Shown: positions 1-11,604 of the stretch, piece after piece
Layout of the letters: the number at the start of each line of letters is the position of its first letter
Position numbering within the stretch: position 1 is the first letter of the stretch
Source: the human T2T-CHM13v2.0 reference genome, Homo sapiens
Direction: 5' to 3' (one strand)
DNA length: 64,000 nucleotides
Assembly: GCF_009914755.1 (NCBI RefSeq)
Contig: NC_060933.1
Translations under genes and position numbers: made by a program
Notes under the pieces: generated by a model
Told to the model about the DNA's origin: nothing
The model's input: only the letters and a program-made list of their open reading frames with translations
Databases searched by the model: none

Positions 1-883
1 CTCTTAAACTTTTTAAGAGATTAGAATAATTTGACACATAGAAGATCTAAACCACTGAAGAGGCTCTGAAGCAGATAAAAGTAGAAAGAAAATTAAAAAC
101 TAATTAGTTACAAACTAAGCTTAACCACAATTCATTTAAACGATACTATTTACTCTTCACATGATTGGTTTTTCTTTTGCTTTATAGTATGACATAGTTT
201 ATATCTTTAAAGGGGAATTAAAATATTTCTGGGAATTTTTAAAGGTAAGTTCACATAGCCACATAAAAACTACAGAAACAGATAAAACCTATCTTCTCAT
301 TTATTCCCTAATCCATTCAAATTAAATATAAAAATCCAAGCAGCCACAGTGATATTCAAAAAAGCAAAAGTGAGACAAAACAAAATTCATTTGTCACCTG
401 TGGAGGTAGTTAACTCACCTAATCTTCACTCCAAACACCAGTAATTTTTAAAAGACAGAAATAAACATATGTTCTGCCTTCCCGGAAGGAACTATGTTTC
501 AGGGTAGCCAAATAACCCAGTTGTGAAGAAAATGGTCTGCTTATAGAAAAATGCCAGCTAAAACATGTAGATAGAATTAGAGAATTAGAAATTCACCATT
601 TTGAAACCCCTAATGAAATAATCAACTCAAGCAAGGATCATTAATAAATGCTAAAACAATCAAGTAAATATTGATACAGAATATAACTGAATATACACAT
701 GGTACAAAGTTCACGTCACAGACTACTGGCTTGACCCAAGGGGGAATATAACAGAGGAGATAGGCAGTGATCGCCCTAACCTTGCGATCATCTCACCATC
801 ACTGATGATGGGATGTGAATACACATTATTGCCTATGAAATAGTCTTTAAAAAAAGAAGTTGAACCTGAATCTAACTAAACCT

Positions 884-1230
884 TGCAATGGGCTGAACGT
901 GTATGTCTTCCCAAAATTAATATGTTGACATCCTAACCCCAAAGGTGCTGGTATTAAAAGGTGGGGCCTTTAGGGGGTCATTAGATCATAAGGACAGAGC
1001 CCTCATGATTGGAATTAGTGCCCTTATAAAAGAGGCCCCAGAGAGCTAACTAGTCTCTCCCACTATGTGAGGGCCCAGCAAGAAGGCCAATCTATGAACC
1101 AGAAAGTTGGTCCTAACCAGATATCAAAACCGCATGCTCCTTGATCTTAAACTTGCTAGTCTCTAGAACTGTGAGAAATAAATTTCTGTTCTTTATAAGT
1201 CATCCAGTTTTTGGTATTTTGTTATACCAG
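884..1230 (+). mobile_element. MaLR LTR (MLT1A-like)
   Basis: tg..gggctgaacgtgtatgtc start, gtggggcctttagg, cccttataaaagaggccccagagagc, agaactgtgagaaataaatttctgttctttataagt end motifs. Confidence 0.85.
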
Positions 1231-1509
1231 GCCTAAAAGCCTTTAGAACTAACTTCCAGTTAACCAGGAAAAAACAGAGTGAAAAGTTAAATGACACCAT
1301 AAAAAGCAACCAGAAAATTCCAGAAGGGGAAATATTCTACAGGACCACTGACTAGTTTTTCAACAAGTCAATTTCATTAAATAAATACATAAACAAAGAG
1401 TGAGGGTATTTTCCAGGTTAAAAAAGTCTTGAGCTAAATAATCAAATGCAATGTGTGTCCCTTGATTAGAAGAAACTAATTTGAACAAACCAGCCACAAA
1501 AGATATTTC

Positions 1510-1762
1510 AGGGAGACCAAGCTGGAAGGATCACTTGAGGCCAGGAGTTTGAGACCAGCCTGGGCAACGTAGTAAGACCTCCATCTCTACAAAAACAATA
1601 AATTAGCTGGGCATGGTGGTGTGCACCTATAGTCCTAGCTACTCAGGAAGCTGAGGCAGGAAGATCACTTGAGCCCAGGAGTTTGAGGCTGCAATGAGCT
1701 ATGATTGTTTCACTGCACTTCAGGCTGTGTGAAAGAGCAAGACTTTGTCTCAAAAAATAAAA
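1510..1762 (+). mobile_element. AluJ, 5' truncated
   Basis: ggatcacttgaggccaggagtttgagaccagcctggg ... gactttgtctcaaaaaa. Confidence 0.9.
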
Positions 1763-2126
1763 GGACATTTCATAATAATTGAGGAAATCTGAATGTGGAC
1801 TGGGTAATAAATGATATAAAAAAACTATTTTTTATTTTGTTTGAAAAGATGATTTTGTAACCATACAGGAAAATGTTCTTATTTTTTAGAAATCTGCACT
1901 AAAGAATTTAGGGGTAAAATATCATTTTCTTTAATATACTTTCAAACACAAGCAAAAAATAATCATGACACAAATATAGCAAAATGTTTACAATCTATGT
2001 TCTATGTTTGCCTATGAGTGCCATTAATCTCATCTCTCTGCTTTTCTGAAAGTTTGAAAATTTCAAAGTTTTATAATAAATTTTTTTACATCCCATAATT
2101 TTATAATAAATTTTTTAAAGTTTGAA

Positions 2127-3703
2127 GCAAATCAACAACTATAGCTTCAAAAATATCCTGACCCACAATAAACATTGAACAGGGTATATTTCTCCCATTT
2201 CCTAAAAAAGTTGGCCCAGGAAGGAGTATGAGAGCTGCCATAGCTCTCCCAAGGCTCATTATTCTCCATCACTCCATGGGAAATCCCAAAATAAATTTTT
2301 AAAAAAGTTGTTTAAATTTATAGTGTTTTTGATTCTATAATAATTTTATAATGTTTTTGATTTTATATTTTTAATTTATAAAAATTTTTATACATGTTTA
2401 TGTTTGAAATGTCTATTTCAAACTTTATGAGATATTAAAATATAAGTAATATAGTTCATCATTTTAGAAATGCCACGCTTTTCTTCTCCAGCAATTACAT
2501 AATCAAAGAGTAACTGTAGTTTTTCCTAGAACATTGCTTTGTAGGCTGGGCATGGTGGTTCATGACACTTTAGGAGGCCAAGGCAGGCAGATCTCTTGAG
2601 ATCAGGAGTTTGAGACTAGACTGGGCAACACAGAGAAACCCTATGAGTAGTAAAAACACAAAAATCAGCTGTGCGTAGTGGCGTGCACCTATAGCCCCAG
2701 CTACTCAGGAGGCTGAGGTGGGAAGATCACCTGAATCTGGGGAGGTCAAGGCTACAGTGAGCCAAGACTGTGCCATTGCACTCCAGCCTGGGCAACAAAG
2801 TGAGACCCTGTCTCAAAAAAAAAAAATGAAATTTAATTTAAAAAAAGAAAATTGCTTTGTAAAATTAACTTTTTCAATCAAAACCAAGATTTTTCAGATA
2901 TAGAGAATGCAGCCCACTGGTCAGATTTGTCAGTTCAAAGAGAATAAATTCTAGTTTCCTATTTTTCTAGCCTGCTTATGATTATCCAATAGGATATCAA
3001 AAAAGACCAAAGCCTTTGGGATCCAAGTTCAGTATTCCTGAGTCTAACTCAGGATGCCAAATCAGGAGACAAGCACATTCTCATCAATTTTCAATCATTC
3101 GAGACCAATTTTGCTTATAATTATCCAGTTCTTTTAGACCACCTTTCTCCTGAAGCCAGCCTTATGGCTATTCACTTCACTTTAGCATAAGCCCCCAAGA
3201 AGGTGAACAAAATGAGGAAAAGATTGGTTAAAGTTGGCTGTTTGAAATTCTGAAACATGTCCACCATTCCCTTCACCCATGCCCACCCCTCTTAGAAGTA
3301 GTACTTTCAGATTATTTAAGAGTCGATGCTTCTATGTGGATTTTAATTTGTCATCTGTCCTTTATAACAGCTAGTAGGTTTAATTTGACTCTATTTTAAG
3401 CATATATTGACCTATGCTAATTATCTGTTAAAATAAATTCCACTCTTAGAGTTAATAAAGTGTGTTTGTCATGGAAGACCCATTGAAGTAAGAAGCTGAG
3501 GAGCCCTTATGGTAAAGTGGGACAAGAAATAATAAGACATAATAATTTTCCCATGCAAATCAACAACCGTAGCTTCAAAAATATCCTGACCCACAACAAG
3601 TATTGGACAGGCCATGTTTCTCTCACTCCCTAAAAAATTGGCTCGGGAAGGAGTATGAGAGCTCCCATAGCTTTCCCAAGGCTCATTATTCTCCATCACT
3701 CCA
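2127..3703 (+). repeat. Dispersed ~150-bp direct repeat pair (2127-2276 and 3555-3703)
   Basis: Both copies run gcaaatcaacaac..agcttcaaaaatatcctgacccacaa...ggaaggagtatgagagct..catagct..cccaaggctcattattctccatcactcca. Confidence 0.9.
2544..2827 (+). mobile_element. AluJ
   Basis: ggctgggcatggtggttca ... gagaccctgtctc followed by poly(A). Confidence 0.9.
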
Positions 3704-4712
3704 CAGGAACAGCCTGTCAGAGAAGAGTGAAAGACCATTTGTCAACCTCTCTTCAACTCCCTGATTCTAGCCAAACTTCATCAATCCCAACTGAGGAGCC
3801 AGAGAGAAATCAAACCCCATATATCCAGCATCATTGTCTACTGGAGTCAAAAATCACAATTCCACTACCCACCCCAACACCACTGGCCCTGTTTCTCCCA
3901 ATTGCTTTTTATTGTGTTTTTAAAAAATCCTCTTTCCCCATCCCTGCAACACCGAGAAGGAGGAATTATAGTAGATAAATATGAAGCATGGAGATCCTTT
4001 AAAAATGTTTTTAATAATAAATGAGAAAATGAAAAGGAGAGGGTTGGGAAGGAAGGAGGGAATTCAAATGCCAGGGAATTGTTCAGTTTCGCTTTTAAAG
4101 ATGTTAACACTCATTTATACATCTGCAAGACACTCCCCTTAAAGAAAAGTTCTATGAGTGTGGGTCTGGTTGCATGAATAAGGATAAAATTACTTTTTTA
4201 GACGATGTTTCCCACATACAATTCAGAGACCCCTGAAATTAGGTATCCCTCTTGTAGATGTCCTTGAGATGCTGCTGGACCTGGGAAAGAGGAAACTGGG
4301 ATATGGGTCTATGCCAAAAGGTGCTTCTAGTTATAGGACAGAGAGGAAAGGGGCAGAGGGAGAAAAACCCGAAGTCTGAGAATCTGGATTGCAGAAGACT
4401 ACCGAGGTCGTGGGAGAAGGGAGAGAAAACAAGGATGAAAACCGAAAGGGGAAGAGGCATGAAATGTTGCCAAATGTCAAAAGGCATTTGGAGAGAAGTT
4501 GGGAATTGCATTAAGAAAACCACTGCAAATCTCATTTCAGACCATTTAGAGATATGCCCCCTGGGAACTGCGAGCTCAGGCTGTTTAGCATCAAACAAAT
4601 GGATCCACTCCATCCCTACCCTAATTAAATAAATCATTCAGTAATTCCACTGGGTTAAAGAACCAAAATATTAAAAACCTTCAGGGCCTACTCTTGCCAA
4701 ATATGTCAGGGA

Positions 4713-4714
<2 letters not shown>

Positions 4715-4762
<48 letters not shown>
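4715..4762. repeat. (GT)n microsatellite, ~24 units
   Basis: Perfect GT run. Confidence 0.98.
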
Positions 4763-4763
<1 letters not shown>

Positions 4764-4929
4764 CTGAGACACCACTACTGTTAAATAGGCAGAGCTAAGA
4801 CTTAGGGGACTGGCAGATTATTGCAAAAGGGCACGGGGCAGAGGGACTATGTTGTGAGCCTGCGAAAGAAGTTTGTGTGGGGACTGTGGGCAGTGAACGC
4901 GTTGGGAACAATATGGAAAACTGGGAGCC

Positions 4930-6165
4930 GCCTTGGAATCTACAGGGCCGGGTAAGAGAATGTCCGAAAGAAAAATGAGCAGGTGCGGGATGTGGCAGAG
5001 TCGGAGAAGAGTCCAGGGCGCCCGGAGTGGCTCCAGGAAGGACGGAAACCCCTGAGGGCTTTTGGGGGCGGTGGGTACTAATAGAACCCAGTGTCCGGGG
5101 TGCGCCGGGGAGGCTGCGAGCGCGGCGGGAGTGGGGCGCTGGAGGGTGAGGACGCGGGAGTGCGGGAGCAAAGCCGGGCAGGGGCCTCCCAGCTGGGCCC
5201 GGAGGCAGCAGGCGGACAAGGGCCAGGAGAGGGCGCGGCGGCGGCGCGGCGGGAAGCGAGGGGCATCCGGACACTCGCCCCGTTGGCCGCGGCCATCGGC
5301 CCCACGACCTCGACGGCCGTCCTGCCGAAGAACCTGCCGTCGCTGCCCGCCCCCGTGGTGCGGCCCTGACGGTCGCGCAGGCCGACGGACGACAGCGCGC
5401 TCCGGATGAAGTTGGGCGGGTAGCTGCGCTGGCCCTGGAAGAGGCCGGTGGGTCGCCGGTGCTCGCGGGGCGCGGTGGGCACTGTCCGCACCGGGATGGG
5501 GCTCCCCTCCGCGGCGCCTCCCGGCCGGTCCTGCTGCGGCTCCGGGGCCGGAGGGAATCCGCAGCCGGCCGGGGGCCTCCGCCAGCCTGGCTGCGCGCCG
5601 GGACTCCGCCTCGCGCCCGGCCCCCTCTCCAGCAGGTCGGCGCCCCGCGCCCTGCACCCGCCCGCCCGGGGACCGCCCGCCCCTCCTCTCCGCGCCGCCG
5701 CTCGCTGACTCCCCCGGCAGGGATTGCTTCTGCCTCGCTGCCAGGTTTTCTCCCGCCCACCTTCTCCGCTGCCAGACCGCCCGAGCTGCCCTCAGTTTCT
5801 CCCCAAGTGGGACTCACTGTCGGGGTGTCCCACAAGCCCGATCCCAGAGCCTGCTGGCCCGACCCCGGCGACGCCTCCACCCGCGCTCGCCGCCCTCCGG
5901 GGCGCACCCTCCGCCAGAAAACAGCCGGCGGGCGGCGAGACTTCGTGCAGAGTGCGGGCTCCTCTCCGGCGCCAGGCCCGTCCCGTCTCCCTGGGAGTGC
6001 GCAGCCTACACGCACCAGTTTCTCTTTAGAACAAGGACGGGGAGGGATTTGCGAGGGGGCTGAAACCTTTTGCCATCAGCGAACAGCCTCAGCCAAAAAC
6101 AACCCTGGAAAGGCGAGCTAAGAATGGTTATCTCCTGCCAGCGCTGAAATCGGAGGCCGGGCGCT
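4930..6165. promoter_or_regulatory. CpG island / promoter of the PGM5 pseudogene
   Basis: Very high GC and CpG density spanning the pseudo-exon 1 and its upstream region. Confidence 0.9.
5279..5512 (-). pseudogene. PGM5P3: PGM5 (phosphoglucomutase-like 5) pseudogene, coding exon 1 remnant; sequence to the left is intron 1
   Basis: Translates (A)EGSPIPVRTVPTAPREHRRPTGLFQGQRSYPPNFIRSALSSVGLRDRQGRTTGAGSDGRFFGRTAVEVVGPMAAANG, matching the PGM5 N-terminus; ATG replaced by GCG at 5512-5510, 27-nt in-frame deletion, donor reads GCGAGT at 5278-5273; symbol assigned from adjacency to FOXD4. Confidence 0.88.
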
Positions 6166-6186
6166 GCGTGTGTGTGTGTGTGTGTG

Positions 6187-6225
<39 letters not shown>
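6166..6225. repeat. (TG)n microsatellite, ~30 units with a CG interruption
   Basis: Direct reading. Confidence 0.98.
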
Positions 6226-6227
<2 letters not shown>

Positions 6228-7249
6228 CCTCCCACCCCGACCATTTGTTGAAGGGAATCACCACTGTCAGACTTCAATCCAACAGGACCCACTCGAGCCA
6301 TCCACACTTGCCCCAGCCTCCTCCAAAACAGCACACTTTCCGGTATGGACAATTCTTTTTTTTTTTTTTCACTTATTTGTTTGTTGTGGTGGTAGCAACA
6401 GCAGCAACACAGACGACACGTATTTCCCTATTCTTCTCGCCCTTCTCACCCTCCCTACCCAGCTCCTGCCTTAGAAACAGGCTTGGCCTACACTGTATCT
6501 GTCCACACTGTCTGAACTCTTCCCTGAATTAATCGTTTTCAGTAGGAGGGGGCTGAATCCCTTATTAATGCCCTACCAGGAGTGAATGAATAAAGCCAAG
6601 TTAAAGGAGAACTGGGTACCAGATACTGTGCTAGGTTCGTTTGCATGTACCCTTTCATTCTGCTGGAGCTAAAGATTTTCTGCCTCCTCTCCATAAAACG
6701 CACCCAAACTCCAAAACCAGGAAATTCTCCATAGAAAATAGGAGTGAAGAGAGAAAAGACTAACAGGATAAAACTCAAAGCAGGAAGAAAGTTCTATCTC
6801 CCATTTCTCTCAAGGAATTTTTGGACCCACCAAGGCTACTGTCCTGAAATATCCTGCTGCTTCTCCTTCCCCAAATATTGTCCACTTCCTGAGAGTAAGG
6901 CTGACTTGCCGCAGGCTTATAAAGTGTTTGGTCACAGTAAGACAACTGTGAGTAATAACACACATTGTATACTGTTTTGCAATTGATAAAAGGCTTTGCA
7001 TCTGTTTTTCCTTTGGAGGCTGAAGAAAAGAAGAATGGTATTCACGCAGTTCCCATTTTACAGATGAAAACAAGAGGACTTTTTCTGTGAAGTCAAGAAA
7101 GTGGTTACAATGGTACTTTCAGCCTGTCCGAATTATGTATTGCCCCTCCCCTTTTTATTAATAACATTGAAGTGTGATGGGACAACCACTGAAGCCGTCA
7201 GTTGAAACCTGCTGGGACTTTTTAGCCATTCTCTTCAACATAAAGAATG

Positions 7250-7560
7250 GGTGTTTTTGGAGGGGGTGAGAGGAATGGGGAAATGTTGTCAAAGAGTACA
7301 ACGTTTTAGTTGAGACAGGAAGAATATATTTTGTTGAGATCTACAGCACAGCATGGTGACTGTAGTTAACAATGAAGTATTGTCTATTTCCAAATTGCTA
7401 AGACAATAAATTTCAAATGTTCTCACCACAAAAAAGATAGGTTTTGAGGTGATGAATCTATTAATTCTCTGGATTTAATTATTCCACAATGTATACATAT
7501 ATCATAATATCACATTATACCTCCGTAAATACATACAATTTTAATTTGTCAATTAACATT
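7250..7560 (+). mobile_element. L1MA 3'-end fragment
   Basis: gagatctacagcacagcatggtgactgtagttaacaat...aaattgctaagac...tttcaaatgttctcaccaca...ttattccacaatgtatacat. Confidence 0.8.
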
Positions 7561-7663
7561 TTTTTAATAGAATAGTGTGGCCAGTCGGGGAGGTAGTGTT
7601 GTTTTTTTTTTTTTCCTCTAGTCTCTACTCAGTCTCCAAGATCCCATTCCCCATAAAGTTCCT

Positions 7664-7901
7664 GTCACCCAGGTGGAGTGCAGTGGCACAATCATGGCTC
7701 ACTGCACCCTCTCCCTCTTGGGCTCAAGCGATCCTCCCGCCTACAGGTACATGCCACCACGCCCAGCTAGTTTTTGTAGTTTTTGTAGACATGGGGTTTC
7801 ACCATGTTGCCTAGGCTGGTCTCGAACTCCTCAGCTCAATCAATCTGCCCACTTTAGCCTCCCACAGTGCTGGGATTGCAGGTGTGAGCCACCAAGCCCA
7901 A
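7664..7901 (-). mobile_element. AluJ lacking its 3' end and poly(A), flanked by a 14-bp direct repeat
   Basis: Alu body on minus strand; cccataaagttcct at 7650-7663 and 7902-7915. Confidence 0.85.
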
Positions 7902-8679
7902 CCCATAAAGTTCCTAACTTTTTATCTCCCTGGGAGTGCACAGCCTACACACACCAGTTTCTCTTTAGAACATACTTAAGAGTCTTGGCTTAGCATCCAA
8001 CAGACAAAACTTTAACACTTCTAGGGATCTGTGCACCTGTCTATGGCGTGGGGTTTTTAAGATCTCTTTCTAATGACACTTCATTTTACAAAGCAGGACA
8101 GTTTCATTCCCAGAAGAGCAGGTATGGTAAATCCTTTGTTCCAGTAACGAAGGCAATGATCCAAACCCTAAGCCTCAGAGAAGCCCAGAAACCCTCCAGG
8201 CCTCCATCTCTCTGCTCCTAGCACCTGCCTCTCTCTTGACATCAACATCATTCTCCCCTCTCACAGCCCAGCTCCTTCCACAGACCCAGGGATTAGGCAC
8301 CAGCACCTCAGACTAGATTTTAGAGAATTACCATTCAAGAGGCAATCCTCTTCCCTTGGTTCCAATTTCAAGGTTCTCAAAGACTGGAACAGGGCTAGTT
8401 TGAGGCAATGTGCCCCACCGCATAGCCAGAAAGAACCTTACAGTGAAAAGGAAAACAATTCTTCAAAAGTAAGGGGGTGCTGATCCCCAGAGGGAGGACA
8501 GATGGGCAACCAAACAGTAACCGGGCCACCACGTGCTTCACACTCACTGATCAAGGATTTCTAAAACCACTTTTCTTTTCTCTGAATTTATATAGGACTT
8601 TGTATCACTCATAAAGGAATGTCTTATAGGCTGATAACACCTTTCTATTCATGCTTATACTTAACATTTAGGCTAGGAT

Positions 8680-8815
8680 AATTTCCTAACCTCAGTGTCC
8701 TCACTATAAGATGGGAATTATTATAATCCCTACCTCATAAATTGTTGGGAGGATTAAAATACTTAGTAAAGTGCCTGACTAATAGAAAGGCATTCAATAA
8801 ATGTTAGCTATTCAT
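8680..8815. mobile_element. MIR
   Basis: ctcagtgtcctcactataagatggg..ataatccctacctcata...aggattaaa...ttcaataaatgttagcta core. Confidence 0.7.
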
Positions 8816-11464
8816 GGTGTCGTCATCATTATATTTACCATTATTACTAATCTCCTGTATTGCAAGAATTACAGTTTATATTTTCGTAGACCATCACTGT
8901 AGCTAAAGGGTCTTTGGGCCATAGGTGATATTCCATAAAGGTTGGTTAAATTGATCTGTGGTTTTTGACTATGGAAACTCAGAACTCCCTCAAAATGTAC
9001 AAAACAGATTTACCTGCTAAATAAATCTCTTCAAAGCTGACCCCAGGTTTAATTGAATTAATTCCAATGAATTTGTCACAATGATGGAGAAAGGAAACTT
9101 AGAGGGCCCCACAGTTGTTTGCTGGTAAAATGAGAAGTTTGGATTAGATCAATGTTTCCCAAAACATTTTCCTCAGAATGTTAGTGCTCCTTGAATCCTG
9201 CACAAAGCAAGAGTTTCATGACCAAGTAGCTTTTAAAACTCCTGTACACTCTACTCCCATTCTTCACAATGCACACTTTCATATTAAAAGTTCTGAGAGA
9301 TCCTCAACAAAAGACATCACTTAACTTTTTTTTTTTTTTTAAGACAGATTCTCACTCTGTCACCCAGGCTGGAGTACAGTGGCCACCACTCCTGGCCTAA
9401 AAATTTTTTAACCTGGTGCTTCCCAATCTAAACTCACAGGGACCAGTTTTCTTAATGAAAGAGAATCAGACTAGCTTGTAACCATAGCTGGTGACCCTCC
9501 CCTGCCCCATTCCTTGTATGTCCTCAGTGGACTAGGTCAGGAATAAATAAATTTTCCTGATTCTCAAGGGCTGGTCACTCCTTTGCACTGAGCTCAAAGC
9601 TTCTCTGTAGCATGGGTCACAATGAATGGTAGCCCTGATAGCCTAGAGTAGCCTTTCAGCCTTCTCTGAGCCTCTAAAGACTGAGGATCCTTGGCATGAA
9701 ATAGGAGCAACTGATATACCCTTGCTTCCCCTGGGGACTCTCTTGCTCTCAAAAAGGCATCAGCCATCATCTCCATCTAGAGAATATACTAGCTGACTCA
9801 GCTTGACCAGCCTGTCCCAAAATGAGAATCTGGGTAAAATAAGTATTGAAACACTTCATTCCTTGTAGATTCACAAAACACATTAGCATATTAAAGACTA
9901 TGAAGTTCTGCAGGAAAAAAAACCTATTTAACTTTAATCCAACATTGCCAAGTTTTATTTGACCATGGAAGATTTTTCCAAAACACTTACAAACAGATCA
10001 AGGACATTAATCTTTCATGAAACACTTTAGATCCCCAGGGTCCTCTCCAGCTACATCATTCTGTGATTTTCTTTTTTATTTATGATGCATTAAAAGATTA
10101 ATCTCTATCAGACTTCCATTTAGAAATTCACCAGAATGTGCAAAGGCAGCAGGTAAAATTGCCGAAGGGTATTATAAAAATACCCTCCGGTGATTTTTGA
10201 AACTTAAACTGAAATATTTATTTAACTATATATTTCAGTTTGTATATTATATATATATGTATATACACACATATATATGTGTATATATATATTTGTGTAT
10301 GTATATCTATGTATATATGGCATTATATCCATTTTACAGATGCAGAAACTGAGCTTTAGAGGGGGTGAGCAATTGGTCCAAAGCCACACAGCACACAGGT
10401 AGTCATTGATAAAGGTAAAAACAAGAGTTGAAACCTGAGGTGTAAGGACACAGAGACAAGTACACAAATGTTTACAAGTTACAGATATGACAAGTGCCTT
10501 TAACATGAATTTCTGGAACATTCATTTAGAGGCCTTACCATGAAGACATCAGAGTGGCAGCAAGTTCTGTTGGAATCAGGGGAGCGTGTTCTTCTATAAT
10601 CCCCTGGCTGACAGGAAGGCACGCTGATTTGGCCCATGGTAGTTATACACTCCCATTGAGTCAGGGGCCACTTCTATGCACACAGGAGGTGCTAAAAATA
10701 TGCTGTTGACTCATTGCCTCTAAGAGCAGAAGAAATGCCAAAAGTATAGGACAAGAGGCAGAAAAGCACACAGAAAAATGTCGTAGGGCAGTCCTCTAAG
10801 GAAGTGTTAGATCCCTTTGAAATCTGTCCAAACACTTTCTTGTGCTGGGGAAAGTCAATTACATATTTCAAGCAACCCCACATGTCATACGAGTATCTTG
10901 TACATGTTTGCGTACTCGTGTCTGTGAACTTACATCTCAGACTTCAACTTCTCGCTTCCCACCCTTATCAATGACTGCCTGCATGGCCTTGGGCAAGTTG
11001 CTTTCCCTCTTCAAAGCTCAGTTTCTGCATCTATAAAATGGACATAATGCTACCTACCTCATGGGGTTAGTGATCACATTTAAGGAGCTAATATGTGGAA
11101 ATTGCTTAAACAGTACCTGTCACATAATAAGGGTTTAATAAGTGTTTGATGTAATTGTTTTGATTATCACTACTATTACTAAAATAATAATTACTACAAT
11201 AATAATGATTCTTATTCTCTATATTAGTATTATCTTTGAAAATGGGCACGGATTATGTCTATGTAACACTTTTGGCACAATATCTAGCATTATATCACAC
11301 ACAAATTAGAGAATTCATGTTATTAAGCATGAAAAAATATTTTTACTGACCCTTAAATTCTTCGTAAGTAACTGCAAAAGAAGCCATTATCCCAACACAT
11401 GAAATAAAAAAAAAATTCATTTCCTCTGGAGTTTGTTTTTGGAGGTAGCCACAGGATACCTAAA

Positions 11465-11604
<140 letters not shown>

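Larger units (their letters stand above)
470..2070 (+). mobile_element. Old L1M 3'-region fragments, interrupted by an MLT1 LTR and an Alu
   Basis: Degenerate L1M-like 3' motifs (agaaaaatgccagcta, tgaacctgaatcta, gaaatctgaatgtggactggg, gaatttaggggtaaaat) on both sides of the insertions. Confidence 0.5.
4820..7430 (+). ncRNA. Candidate antisense lncRNA to the PGM5 pseudogene (PGM5-AS1 / PGM5P3-AS1-like); exon structure inferred
   Basis: TATA-like ttaaata ~4781, donor g|gtaaga at 4952, acceptor ttttacag ending 7063, AATAAA 7405-7410; antisense transcripts are known at PGM5 copies; transcription cannot be shown from sequence. Confidence 0.3.

Noticed and set aside
4239-4637. Antiparallel 132-aa and 124-aa ORFs
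   Set aside because: No recognisable homology; purine/pyrimidine strand skew explains the lack of stops; intronic position
4795-6121. Long ORFs (406, 279, 220 aa) over the first CpG island
   Set aside because: Arg/Pro/Gly/Ala-rich products of stop-poor GC sequence; only the PGM5-homologous frame is meaningful
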